From Octopus sinensis (Eukaryota): a stretch of 64,000 nucleotides of DNA. The translations under genes and the position numbers were made by a program. The notes under the pieces were generated by a model. The model had not been told where the DNA came from. It saw only the letters and a list, made by a program, of their open reading frames with translations, and did not search any database. Location: assembly GCF_006345805.1 (NCBI RefSeq), contig NC_042999.1, positions 30,566,001 through 30,630,000 on the forward strand, read 5' to 3'. Of the stretch, positions 1-13,758 are shown piece by piece (the first letter of the stretch is position 1; every line of letters starts with the position of its first letter).

Positions 1-268
1 ATCTATATTATATGTCTTTATAATATTTTCTTCTTTTTTTTTTGTATACTATATTATTCCTTTCTTTTCTTTTTCTATTGGATGTTTAATTACTAAATAA
101 TTACATTCTGAAAGAAAGAATTTTCTTTCATTTAATTCTTTGTCATTCCTATACATATATAAATATATATATATATATACATATACATACATACATATAT
201 ATATTATATTTAATATATATATATGTATATATGTATGTATATACCGATATAGATATACATGTATGTAT

Positions 269-337
<69 letters not shown>

Positions 338-1231
338 TATATATATATATGTATGTATGTTTGTATGTATAAGTGTATGTTTTCTTTACTCTTTCCTCTT
401 GTGTCTATTTATATCTAGATGAAGGTTTCTCTGAAGTGAAATATTGAAATATGAATAAAGTAGACAGAAGTGTATTGAGTATTAATTTTATGATTCAGGT
501 TTATCAGTAAAATAGTACAGAGCTTCAACTGAAGAAATCAATTCGTAACATTTTCTTGATTCTACTGTATTATAATTATGTATGTATGTATATATATATA
601 TATAGAGAGAGAAGAGAGAAAGAGAGATACACACATGTATATACATATATATATATATATGTATAGAATTGTAAATACATATATATAAAAGTGTGTGTAT
701 ATGCGTTTGTGTGTGAGCATGTGTAGAACTCTCTGTTTGTGTGGGTGCGTGTGTGTATACATATATAAACACACACATTTACACATTTATATATTCATAT
801 CTTGTATGCAACGTGCATCAATTTCCATTTGCATTTTTCGCTTAGATTTGATTGGAAATATATGGTTCTTATATTTATTTTCAGTGAAATGTATGAGTAA
901 ATATCTTATACATAAGATGTGGGATTTATAGTAGAATCCAACATATTAACTTCAGAGAATACAGCAAATTGCAAAATGTTCGGCCGAAGAGAGAGGAGTT
1001 TTGTATCTGAGATACAAGATAAATATTGGTTCAAACATTTCATTCCATTATTCTCTATCTTGGAACATATATTCTAATCTTATAAAGCATCAGCTGCGTT
1101 TAAACATCAATCACACTTAGACAACAGTCGCACTGACGTCACCAAACTTGTTTAAAACCCATGAAACTTACAATCAACTTCCCTTAAGGTCAACACGTAA
1201 AAAAAAGACACAAACAAGCAGCAGTTAAGTA

Positions 1232-1396
1232 GTGGTAGTGGTTAGTAGTAGTAGAAGTAGTATTAGTAGTATTAGTAGTAGTAGTAGTAGTAGTAATGGT
1301 GGTGGTAGTGGTAGTAGTGGTGGTGGTGGTGGTGGTGGTGGTGGTGGTGGTGGTGGTGGTGGTGGTGGTGGTGGTGGTGGTTGCGGTGGCGGCGGC

Positions 1397-1452
<56 letters not shown>

Positions 1453-1485
1453 TGGTGGTGGCGGCGGCGGTGGTGGTGGCGGTGG

Positions 1486-1547
<62 letters not shown>

Positions 1548-1563
1548 TGGAGGAGGAGGAGGA
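1232..1563. repeat. Compound trinucleotide microsatellite (GTA)n/(GGT)n/(GGC)n/(GGA)n
   Basis: Directly visible. It explains the poly-S/G/V/H/T ORFs in the track. Confidence 0.95.
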
Positions 1564-2115
1564 GGGGACGTTCGCTGTAGCACCTGCAACATTAAGAAAA
1601 CATAATCCAGCTAAAACTACTGATTCGCGACCACTCTATGAATAAATGTCGTGGTACAATGCCAAGGTGTCCGATTCATGCGGCGGTTTTGGCTTTACGT
1701 TCAAAGCTATAATGCGAGAAATGCTCTGGGCACTTTGAAAAAAAAAAAGAAATAACAAATATTACCTCGTCTGCTTGAAGAAATCTGCGAGGCGGTTACA
1801 AATTCTCGAATTCAAGTAATTTTCGTTGACAGTGGTTTCAGGCACATCGTCTTGCTACAATGACGTGTGATCGGATGAAAGACTAACTCGCATAACAACT
1901 GTTCATTCGGCATGAATTTAATAACATATTAATCGCGGTAATTTAAACTAGAGATTTATAATAGATACACACATACACGCACACACACCACACACATTTT
2001 TATATGACGCACTGTTTAGTTGTGGCGCACGCATGCGTGTATATGTATATTATATATATATATTATATATATTATATATATTATATATATATATATATAT
2101 ACATTAATCATATAG

Positions 2116-2385
2116 GGTGGCAAAAAAAATTTTTTGTAGAATTTTTTTGCCACCAGCGGCCTAGTGGGGAAAAAATTAAATAGTCATAGACCATTTTTAA
2201 GTTCAACATCAACAATCAAGGACGGCCATAATAGGCCATTCACCCACTAGAAATAACAGCCAAAGCTTCAACCGCAAATAAAAGTCAATTCCGTAAACAG
2301 GAATTGACTTTTATTTGCGGTTGAAGCTTTGGCTGTTATTTCTAGTGGGTGAATGGCCTATTATGGCCGTTCCTTGATTGTTGAT
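2116..2385. mobile_element. Asymmetric fold-back element, probable PLE pseudo-LTR end with inverted partial copy
   Basis: Arms 2208-2292 and 2300-2385 are reverse complements (one 1-nt indel) around a 7-nt loop GTAAACA. There is a separate hairpin at 2116-2154, and (TA)n flanks both sides. Confidence 0.7.
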
Positions 2386-2429
2386 ATATATATATATATA
2401 TATATATACATATGGAGATTTACGAAAAG

Positions 2430-2590
2430 AACAAAAAACGAATACAGGTGGTTTACAAAACAAACAGATGTATTAGTATAACGCTTAGGAATAGAACAAG
2501 TATTTTACGTTTCGAGCCAACGCCCTTCTACAGAAAGTGACACATAGAAAAACAAGGAGAGAAAAAAGGAGAGTGAAAAGTGTAGTATAC
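2430..2590 (-). mobile_element. PLE-type pseudo-LTR fragment, same family as 37520-37696
   Basis: Shares caggtgg / cagatgtat / tttcgagcc-acgc-cttc / aacaaggagagaaaa / gtgtagt with 37540-37680, and carries a hammerhead-like motif. Confidence 0.6.
2502..2537 (-). ncRNA. Minimal type-I hammerhead-like motif with U6 core variant
   Basis: Minus strand reads CUUU CUGUAGA A GGGC guug GCUC GAAA CGUA AAAU: stem I 3 bp, stem II 4 bp, palindromic ACGU stem III, GUA triplet. Confidence 0.5.
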
Positions 2591-2708
2591 ACACACACAC
2601 ACACACAACACACACACACACATATATATATATATTCTTGTATGTTTGATGTGGACAATGATAACGTCAAATTTTTGCCGAAGTCTAGCAAGATCGTGAG
2701 TAAGCAAT

Positions 2709-2800
2709 AAGTCGATTACATCGATCCGAGTGCTCATGTGGTACTCCTTTTATCGATTCGAAATGGATGAAGTGCAAAAAGCGACCTTGGCGGAACTTGA
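2709..2800 (-). mobile_element. Degenerate SINE fragment (gtcgattatatcgaccccagt family)
   Basis: Alignable by eye to 5405-5500 and 63555-63640. Confidence 0.55.
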
Positions 2801-3589
2801 AGACGGACGTATTGCCGCATGTTATCGCTTTTGCGAGCTCACCCAATTAATTGATGGTGATAATGTTATTTCGTTGTTCCTTCAGGTGTGTAAGAATGTG
2901 CATACGATGATATACGTTCCAACTGTGTTCCACTTTAAACAATGTGTCACTCCTGTATGCTATGATATGTTTTGAAGTAAATTTGATTGCTATTTCTAGC
3001 ACGTTAACTAGCCGACTATAGACAATAATAGTGTCCTATGGCGTTATAGAAATAATCGTTTAGCTGTGAATATAGATACATTCACTGTGAGTATTTGAAC
3101 GTAATATACGAAACCAGTATGTTTGCGTCCTCTATATGTGTATTATTCCGCTTAGTTATAGGCATGCTGCGGCCCTCACTACTTTCTGGATGGCACAACA
3201 ACGAAATAATAACTTGAGCTTTTTATAGTAGACCAGTCCACCTGATGATTATATGTGTTTCATGCGGTCTGCTTCTCAGAAAAGGTTTCCATAGTTATAA
3301 ATATTCAGTGAGTTTCATCTGCGGTATTGGGAAGTACACTGTTATTTTGTTTTATACATGTATGATTGTCATTCGTAATCGAAACTTCCATATTATTTGA
3401 TGAATCACATGTATTGCTTCTATTGAGCAAACATGGATTATTTGCAAAGAACTTGCAAGTACAAGTGCTACCAGTAGATAGCCATATATACATGACGTGA
3501 ACACGCTTATGGCGTCATCAGGTGAAATTGTGCATAGTTGCGGGTCCTTTTTAACGAAGGCATCATTGCACTGCCGCCACCTCACTGAG

Positions 3590-3895
3590 ATCGAGCCACT
3601 AACATGCTCTAGTGGTTAGAGCAGGGGAATCGCGGTCGAGGGATCGCGAGTTCAGACCGGGCGATGTGTGTGTTTATGAGCGAAATACTTAAGTTCCACG
3701 CGGCTTTAGCAGAAGGTAGTGTCGAACTTCTGCTGAATCTTTCGCCACAGCTTTCTCTCACTCTCTCCTCCTGCATCTTGCAGCTCACTTGTGACGGACC
3801 GGCGTCCCGTCCAGGTGGGGAACTTATACGCCAAGGAAACCGGGAAAGCGGCCCTTATGAGCCAGGCGTGGCTCGAGAAGGGACAAGCTACCTAG
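3590..3895 (+). mobile_element. tRNA-derived SINE with conserved central domain
   Basis: A-box-like tgctctagtggttagagc and B-box-like gagttcagacc. The body contains gacggaccggcgtcccgtccagg, which resembles the V-type SINE domain (recalled, not searched). Confidence 0.6.
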
Positions 3896-5327
3896 GGTAA
3901 GTGGCTACTACTCATCACTCAATGCTCTTCCGTCCATTGCGCATCATCATTTCTTAACCAAATCTTGAGGCTTGCCTTCAGTAATATAGCTTGGATTTAA
4001 CCCACGATGGTATTTGCTTCATGGAAAGTTTACAGTGTGTTTTGTGGCTCTGCTATGTTTACGACATTTTCAAACATGGTGTGACTATTTCAGAGATGTT
4101 GTATTACTGCCACCTAAGCTCTGTTTTCAGTGTTTATGGTGTGTTTATAGACATGAGATTTGAAGTTCTCGTTTATTATGTCTTATTTTATCATCCTCAT
4201 GTCAACTCCATTTTAACTGAACAAAAGTCAGTTTTATTTTTTTCCCTAGACTCATCGCAGTTATATCCACATTATCCAAGCATTGTTATTTACCTTCTAA
4301 GCAGTAGAAGCAGTAGAGTTTATTTTGTGATGTGGGAAAGTGACGTTTTGAATGCGGTAAGTGAAGCAAGGATGCAATTGCTTGTACAGCGTCGGAAAAA
4401 ATGTTTTGATGTTCATATTCAGATATTTTATACCTTGAATTCAATCCCCGGTGAAATCAACTTTTATCAGACCATCCCTCGTCACTTACGCCCCCTGCAC
4501 ACTAGAGCTGATAAACGGCATGTCGATGGCGTCATCCAACCCCCACCTTGCTCGGTTTCTGCTGAAATTAAAAGCAAAATATACTTATGCAAGTACGTGT
4601 ATATCATGTGGGTCGGAGAGTATAAATATCACTTGAAGATTGTATGAGTATAGCTTGAAGGATTTTTCTGTATGTATAGCTTGAATGCAACTTTGTTCAT
4701 AAATGAAAAATCGATATTATATCGCAAAATAAATACATTTTCGTGTCAGTAGATAGGGGAATACGTTGAAGTATTTCTAGGATAGTAAATATGCAGATGT
4801 ATTGAATATTCAGCATCGAATATTCAGCACTGGAATGTACAATGCGTTTTCCTATAATCCATTTTAGTCTTGCTAGCGTTGTGTGTTTTATTTTCATTTA
4901 CGGCAGTAAATCCATTTAACTCATGTTAAGCTAGGACAAACGTGAAGAATGAAATGAAATAGACAATCCCATGATGAGTTCTGTATATTAATTTAACGCC
5001 ATTAAAAGCATATCTACCTTATTCAGAATGTTGTACGCCACTGTAACCTTGCCTGTGAGATCAGTAGGTATTAGTTCAGATATAATTTTACTAGTTAAAA
5101 GCTGTCTTCGATTACATTTTATGTAGCGCGGTTTGAATACGGAAAATAACGAAAATGGCAAAACATTGAGCGCCTCAGAGTATAAATGTAACTGTCATAT
5201 AATGACAGGCTGAAATTAGGCAAAAAAAGTCATTAGCATGCTAAAGACAGACACTTAAATTCTCGAGGATCAATACTTGAATCCAGCTACAATCTAACTT
5301 GAACAAAGATAACTACCGGATCAATGT

Positions 5328-5358
<31 letters not shown>

Positions 5359-5359
5359 T

Positions 5360-5578
5360 GTTTATTACCTACAAGGGGCTAAACACAGAAGGGACAGACA
5401 AACGGATTAAGTCGATTATATCGACCCCAGTGCGTAACTGGTACTTGATTTATAGACCCCGAAAGGATGAAGGCAAAGTCGACCTCGGCGGAAATTGAAC
5501 ACTCAAAGCGTAACGGCAGACGAAATACGGCTACGCACTTCGCCAGGCGTGCTAACGATTCTGCCAGCTCGCCACCTT
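5360..5578 (-). mobile_element. tRNA-derived SINE with Nin/Deu-like central domain
   Basis: Contains tcgaccccagtgcgtaactggtact...gaccccgaaaggatgaaggcaaagtcgacctcggcgg. Related copies are at 2709, 42190 and 63335-63710. Confidence 0.75.
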
Positions 5579-8389
5579 ATCACACACACTACCACACACA
5601 CACACACATACATATATAAAATCAAAATAAGCAACAAGAAGTGATGCAGTTCGGCCCTTTCCAGCGGCTCTATTTAATAGAACAATGTAATCATTGCATC
5701 AATTTAAATGCAGGGCTATCATCAGCTGCACAAAGAGATAGAATTTTAATCAAACAGACACATTAATATAATTTTACGCGAAAAATTTAACAGATCAAGA
5801 AAATGAAAGAAATCCATGTTGTCGCTGTGATAGCTTACAACATACTACACTTCGAAGAAAAACATCAAGCTTACTGGGGTCATAGCCTGTAAAGGATTGT
5901 GGTTCATTTCTAATTTATTTGTCTTTGTAACAACTATAAAATCAATGATTAGGGGACTGTGTCTGTTTGGAATGAAGGGCGAGACTGAGTTGACAGCTGA
6001 TGGCTAGGTATGGTATACAGTGTTAAAATTTAACGAGTCGTAAATTGGGTATAAAGTAACTGTCTATAAAGTAGGTTGGTTAGGGGAAGACTGTAAATCA
6101 TGATGTTAATTACCAGTTAAATGAGCAACACGCTAATAAAACCTATGATGTTAATACGGAGGGAATTTTATTATGGGTTACTATGGGTGATTGTTTGCAT
6201 ACAATATGTTTATGTCGTATGAAGATAAAATTTAAGAGTATCAAAAATGATATAACCAAAATAGGCAAAATGTATATATATATATATATATATCAATATT
6301 CAACATTAAAAAGGAAAAATTACATAGATTGAGTTTAATATTCATTCATGTACTTAATTATTTACTTATTGGGCGGTTTCTATAAAGACTTATCTGAGCA
6401 TTTACTCATGGAATACTGGAAAGATAAACGTTCTATATATATATAATAATTATAAGCCAAGAAAAATGAAAAAAAATAAAGAAGTGTGCAAATACACATA
6501 CATATTTATCTATGTGTACACATGCACACATACATAAATATTTATACGTTTATATGGATATAGTATAAACATTTCGCATAGACTTAAGTAACTAAAAATT
6601 ATCTATTTACGAACAAGAAAGATAATTTATAAGGGATAACAAGTTAATAGGTTATGCATATATATGCATATATACACATATGTGAATATAATATAACCAT
6701 TTAGCATGGACCTAGTAGCTGAAAAATCTCTACGATGCAGATGGGTTTGAGAACCGAAGATTTTAATGTATTCTTCATTGAAATATGAATGAGGTGCGTG
6801 GTTTCGCAGTTTCCTTTTATCAGTACATGACAGAATCGTTATAATTTTTTATATTATTTAAATTATTCAATTACTTTTGTGATAGATCGAGATTTTGAAT
6901 GAACTGTATACAATTACCATACCAGTAACTTGATGAAAATTTATGTTCAGAAATCACTCGCTATTACAATATGTGATATGATAATTTGTGGATTGGAAAA
7001 TAACATTCGACACATTAATATTTATGTCAGTAATGAAAAGTGCTTAGCACCCCAAAACAGCTTATATTATTGAGAAAAAATAAACTCATTCATTACATCT
7101 ATAATATATTTAATATACTAACGAAATCTAAATACTAAATTGTCGCGCTCATTAGACATCAAATTTGAAAATCAGATGGGCGCTATTTCCAAATTCTATG
7201 TGGAGGAAGAATTTGGAAAGACACGAAGGAAAAGGACGGATTTCAGTTTCAGCGATAGAAGTCGTCAATGGTAATAAGTGATAACGTTCTCTGTTAGAAG
7301 TGATCAAACCCGAAAGTATTTTTCACAATATCTATGAGGATGTCACACCGGACAGTTCGTTAAATTTGGTGATAGACTAAAGTAGATCGAGTGCCGCTAC
7401 GTCACATGTTTTAGATGCGGGTTTATACAGACACTAATGTTTAAATCTTTATTGTAGATTACTGAAAAAATTTGTGAAGGAAAGAATCGCACTGCAGAAA
7501 CTTATCACTGGCTAAGATAAATTGACATGAGGATGATAAAATAAGGCATAATAAACAAGAACTTCATATCGCCCAACGGTAAATGTGAAAGCTTCACATC
7601 ATCAGATGATGATGGATGCTTGCATTAAAGTTGTACCAGCAAGAGCATGCAGTTTTATATGGATAAATAATTTTCGAATTTTCACTTGTTATATCTATAT
7701 TTGTTATATATTCATTAAGTCAAAGTATTCCTTAACATCATAAAATCTATTAAAACGAACACACACAGACGCGCATACACCCACTTTCCACACAGAGGTA
7801 TACATCTTCATGTATGTTTTCACACATACTTTAGTTTCCGTATTTGGTTTCCAAGAGTCTTGATTTGAAATCATTTAGTGAAACAAAATATGCTGTGTCT
7901 TGGGATGGTAATTAGAACCAAAAAACACACGGATTGTTTCTACAATTGGGAAATAATACAGATGTGTAGTAAGTTTAGTGTGTGTGTGTGTTTACTCCTG
8001 GCATACGGAAACTCTCGAGATATAAATTACAGGGTTTAATAGGCATTACATAACGTGTATATTTTTAGAAACGGTGTCTATGTATCTATCTCTCTTTCTC
8101 GCTGACTTTCTATCTATCTCTCTCTCTATCTATCTATCCCCCTATAGACGACAAGATGTTGAACAGTTCCTCGATTTGGGTAAAAGAAAATGTATGAGGA
8201 TCAGTCATTATTGATTTTATTCAACACATTCAACTCTTCAGTTCACATAATTGTCTCAGCATTCCTTCAGATTTTCTCTGCCCTGCCAAAGAACTGGGAA
8301 GATTAGTCTCTGCACCAGGCCTTTCTCGATATCATTAAAACCAGGAACTATTTAGCCTTGCCGCGCACGCACGTGTATGTATGTATATA

Positions 8390-8585
<196 letters not shown>

Positions 8586-8672
8586 TATTCGAGACAAAAC
8601 CACTATTTTGCAAAACAAACAAGGAAAGACTTAATCAATACATAAAATTTTAATAAATAGTCAAAAAAACCG

Positions 8673-8715
8673 CCACTACAATCGTTTCTTGTCTTGATCG
8701 ACAATCTTCAGGTGG
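8673..8715 (-). ncRNA. Minimal type-I hammerhead ribozyme in a pLTR-like fragment
   Basis: Minus strand reads CCAC CUGAAGA UUGUC gaucaa GACAA GAAA CGAUUG UA GUGG: perfect 4-bp stem I, perfect 5-bp stem II, intact core, GUA cleavage triplet. Confidence 0.75.
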
Positions 8716-9112
8716 ACTTCCAATCTAAAAAATCAATATTTTAAAATATAAAAATAATAATTTTAAAATAATTAAAGTATGAATGAAAAAATATAAGTAT
8801 ATAATCCATATATAACCTATCTATAATCCATATATAAACAATATATAAACAATATATAAACTAAAAAAACCTATCAACAATTAAATATAAAATATAAAAT
8901 ATAAAATATAAAATATAAAATATAAAACAAAACAAAAAAAAAAAATAATAATATAATAATAAACTATATATACACCCATACGCATATACCTAATTATATA
9001 TAACCATTCTAACTACATACACTAAATCACACCCCTATATATATATCCCTATACATATACATATATATATATATATAATATATATATATTATATATATAG
9101 ATATATATATAT

Positions 9113-9178
<66 letters not shown>

Positions 9179-10540
9179 TTGAGATGGACAGATAGATAGA
9201 TAGATAAATAGATATACGTAAAACAATGACAGGCACACGCTTTCACACGCACAGTACATATCCCCAAATTTTACACAATGCTACAGAGTGAGACTTAACC
9301 GCATACTTCCTGGGTCTACACATATATATATATATATGTGTATGTGTGTGTTTGTGCGTGTGCTTGCGTGTTTGTGTTTGTGTGTGTGTATATATGTCTT
9401 ACGTATGTATGTAAATATGTATGTATGTAGTTAGGTAGGTAGGAAGATAGGTCGGTTGGTAGGTAGGTAGAGAAGGAGGGATGTAGGAAGGTAGGTAGGC
9501 ATGCATGCGCCAGTGCGGTTGTTTATGTAACCCGGCTGAAACCGGCTCTGGCACTGAGTACATATGTCTTGTTTCCATAAATTTTGAATTAAAATCTTCC
9601 ACCAAATCTTAGTCACAATTTATGTTCCTAGCACTAGCTGAAGGATAGCTAAGTTATTTTACTAAATTCTTTGTTATATTTAAAGTACTTGAAATAAACA
9701 TAGACCATCTCAAAATAAATATGGTAACGCAAGGGTTAAGACGTCTGCTTCCTAAACTTGAAAGAAACCGTTAGCCCAATCAAGCAATATTAGAACTTGC
9801 AATATTGCACAAAAGATGCCAGCTGTTTGCCAATGCCAGTAACATATAGTGCTAAATCGAAACAACTATCAACTGTGAACCAGAAGTATATATTATTGAC
9901 CTGGTCGCATGAACTGCAACCAAAATTTTGTCAGTAAATAACGAATAATAAATGTTTAACAGTCTCTGTTGTATTTGAATGCCTGCAATCGTTTTAGTTC
10001 CAGTATACGGTCTCAGATCAAAGAACTTGCCTGCAAATATACGTCTAAAATTGATATTTTAAATTCGATTCTATAAACGTAAACATTCAGATATGATGAA
10101 AATAATGCTATTATATACCAAATTTATAGTGCTCATAAGAAGTTCGTGTGAATTCAAAATTTCTTAGTCGGTCGCAAATAACCAATGTCATAGAAATGTT
10201 AGCTTTACTTCAAAGAGCAATGCGACGTTAGTTTAAGCAAGTTGAAAAGAATTGAAATAGTTTCAACAGAACGTAATAGTTGTATCTTGAACGTTACGAA
10301 GCAGCATATTTTCTGTGAGTACCGACGTCAGAAGTGACAGAGTGAAAAACAAAATTAAAAAAAAGTAGTAAATTAAAACAAAAGAGTTCAACTCGAAGTA
10401 GCAACACTCTTCCGATGAGTGTTTTTGAAAAACCTGTTTAAGCAGCAAATGATTTTCCAAGAACAAATACCGTATTAAAATGAACTCCTACACATCGTCT
10501 ATTACGATGTATTATATATGCATCGATTGATAAAAAAACC

Positions 10541-12138
10541 TTTAAGATGTTTAGTTTATGCTGAAAACCACGAAAGCCATGAAGGAGATGGAAAGTGTGA
10601 AACTTAAAACAGTTGTCGTTACAAAATATCATTCATATATACTTTTTAAAACATATATCTAGATAAGCAATTTTGCTGTTGGTCATTTAAGATGTTTAGT
10701 TTATGCTGAATACCACGAAAGCCATGAAGGAGATGGAAAGTATGAAACTTAAAACAGTTGTCGTTACAAAATATCATTCATATATATTTTTTAAAACATA
10801 TATCTAGATAAGCAATTTTGCTGTTGGTCATTTAAGATGTTTAGTTTATGCTGAATAGCACGAAAGCCATGAAGGAGATGGAAAGTATGAAACTTAAAAC
10901 AGTTGTCGTTACAAAATATCATTCATATATATTTTTTAAAACATATATCTAGATAAGCAATTTTGCTGTTGGTCATTTAAGATGTTTAGTTTATGCTGAA
11001 TACCACGAAAGCCATGAAGGAGATGGAAAGTGTGAAACTTAAAACAGTTGTCGTTACAAAATATCATTCATATATACTTTTTAAAACATATATCTAGATA
11101 AGCAATTTTGCTGTTGGTCATTTAAGATGTTTAGTTTATGCTGAATACCACGAAAGCCATGAAGGAGATGGAAAGTATGAAACTTAAAACAGTTGTCGTT
11201 ACAAAATATCATTCATATATATTTTTTAAAACATATATCTAGATAAGCAATTTTGCTGTTGGTCATTTAAGATGTTTAGTTTATGCTGAATACCACGAAA
11301 GCCATGAAGGAGATGGAAAGTGTGAAACTTAAAACAGTTGTCGTTACAAAATATCATTCATATATACTTTTTAAAAATATATCTAGATAAGCAATTTTGC
11401 TGTTGGTCATTTAAGATGTTTAGTTTATGCTGAATACCACACGAAAGCCATGAAGAGATGGAAAGTATGAAACTTAAAACAGTTGTCGTTACAAAATATC
11501 ATTCATATATATTTTTTAAAACATATATCTAGATAAGCAATTTTGCTGTTGGTCATTAAGATGTTTAGTTTATGCTGAATACCACGAAAGCCATGAAGGA
11601 GATGGAAAGTATGAAACTTAAAACAGTTGTCGTTACAAAATATCATTCATATATATTTTTTAAAACATATATCTAGATAAGCAATTTTGCTGTTGGTCAT
11701 TTAAGATGTTTAGTTTATGCTGAATACCACGAAAGCCATGAAGGAGATGGAAAGTGTGAAACTTAAAACAGTTGTCGTTACAAAATATCATTCATATATA
11801 TTTTTTAAAACATATATCTAGATAAGCAATTTTGCTGTTGGTCATTTAAGATGTTTAGTTTATGCTGAATAGCACGAAAGCCATGAAGGAGATGGAAAGT
11901 GTGAAACTTAAAACAGTTGTCGTTACGAAATATCATTCATATATACTTTTTAAAACATATATCTAGATAAGCAATTTTGCTGTTGGTCATTTAAGATGTT
12001 TAGTTTATGCTGAATACCACGAAAGCCATGAAGGAGATGGAAAGTGTGAAACTTAAAACAGTTGTCGTTACGAAATATCATTCATATATACTTTTTAAAA
12101 CATATATCTAGATAAGCAATTTTGCTATTGGTCATTTA
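10541..12138. repeat. Tandem array of 11 near-identical ~145-bp units
   Basis: Unit starts (tttaagatgttt) at 10541, 10686, 10831, 10976, 11121, 11266, 11410, ~11555, 11700, 11845 and 11990. Confidence 0.95.
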
Positions 12139-13087
12139 TTGCCTTTTTCTTTTCTTTCGTGCATTCGCGAAACCTAAAAAAATAAATTCAAACAAGCATT
12201 GTATTAACGTCTAACAAATTCATTGCCAACCGAATTAACCGTAGCTAGCGTCCTTACTGAATCAACATAAATTACGTCCACATGCTAGAGCGCGTGTACA
12301 CACACACACACAAGCGCACACACATACGTACACAAAGACACACACATACACATACGCACACACATGCCTGCGCATAAGCATTCACAAGCGCACATACATA
12401 TTTTAATTCACATAAATGTATACGTTTTATTATATTACACATTCATGTTTGTATGTATAAATGTATGCGTTTATGCATGTATGTAGGTGTGTATGTATGC
12501 ATGCATGCATGCATGTATGCATGTATGTATGCACGCATGTATGTATATATGCATGTAGGTAGGTAGGTAGGTAGGTATTTAGGTAGGTATACGGATATCA
12601 ATGGATATCGATTGAAGGAACCATGGTTTGTTATACACTGATTATATCCAAAATTCCTTGTTAATATACTGCTATCAATTATATCAAATGTACTCCATTC
12701 AGATGCTGATATCGATTATATGAAATATTCTCCATTAAGATATCGATTATATCAATACATTCTGTTCTGTAAAAATCTGTTTGGATTATTTTATTAATCT
12801 CATTTTAAGAATCATTATAATTAGTGAGCATTCTTGTCTCTTGTCTTTATTCTAATTGTTTAGCCCCAGGAGAGGGTCCACCGAACAAACCTGCAAAGAA
12901 AATCTTTTTAGTTGTCATGTGCTGCAAAATACCCTTTCAATTCATTGAGTTGACAAGACGCGAGAACTTTTCTCCCTGGTAAACTGCTTTCGAAGTTCAA
13001 ATAAATCCCAAGCATATTTGAACTTACTTAAAGTATGTGTATTTCCCACAACTGCTTCGCGCGCGCTCTCCGACACTTTATAAATAT

Positions 13088-13129
<42 letters not shown>

Positions 13130-13216
13130 ATTATATATATATATAATATATATATATACTTACATATATATACACACAGATATATATATATATATATAAA
13201 CATATATACACATATA

Positions 13217-13314
<98 letters not shown>

Positions 13315-13321
13315 TATATAT

Positions 13322-13615
13322 ATTGATAAAAATGGTAAGACAACAAAAGAATGAAAGAGACCTCGATATTATGTAAATAGAGGAATTTATCTGTAACAGT
13401 AGTATGTGACAATTATTTGGTAGGCATGAGAAAACTCCGAGTTTCGTATGCCGAGTAGGAAATCCATGCCGACATCTCTTCAGTTATCTGGCCATCGGGA
13501 AAAAATGCCCGTTTCCGATGGGCAGTTAACTGAAGTGATGGTGCCGTGGATTTCCACCTCGGCATTCGAAACTCGGCGCCTTATCATGGCTACCGAATAA
13601 TTGTCACATATTACT
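13322..13615. mobile_element. Head-to-head inverted pLTR pair, each arm with a hammerhead-like motif
   Basis: Arms ~13398-13503 and ~13512-13615 are imperfect reverse complements. The minus arm has CUGAAGA...GAAAC and the plus arm has CUGAAGU...GAAAC. The left arm extends further, and (TA)n flanks both sides. Confidence 0.7.
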
Positions 13616-13713
13616 TTTACATATATATATATAGAGAGAGAGATAGATAGATACAGAGCTAGATAGATAGATAATTAAATAAATATATATCTACCTGGGG
13701 CTAAACAATATAT

Positions 13714-13758
<45 letters not shown>

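Noticed and set aside
380-590. Possible PLE end (agatgaagg...gaaatattg; ESRKCYEL...KPES on minus)
   Set aside because: Too degenerate, and the two hints are on opposite strands.
3991-4647. 218-aa plus-strand ORF
   Set aside because: It has a non-ATG start, no recognisable motif and no splice context. It is probably a chance or shadow ORF, and I could not assign the minus strand either.
10541-12138. CRISPR-like array, or a hammerhead (CUGAAUA...GAAA) within each 145-bp unit
   Set aside because: There are no unique spacers and the context is eukaryotic. The core lacks G8, stem II and the UH site.
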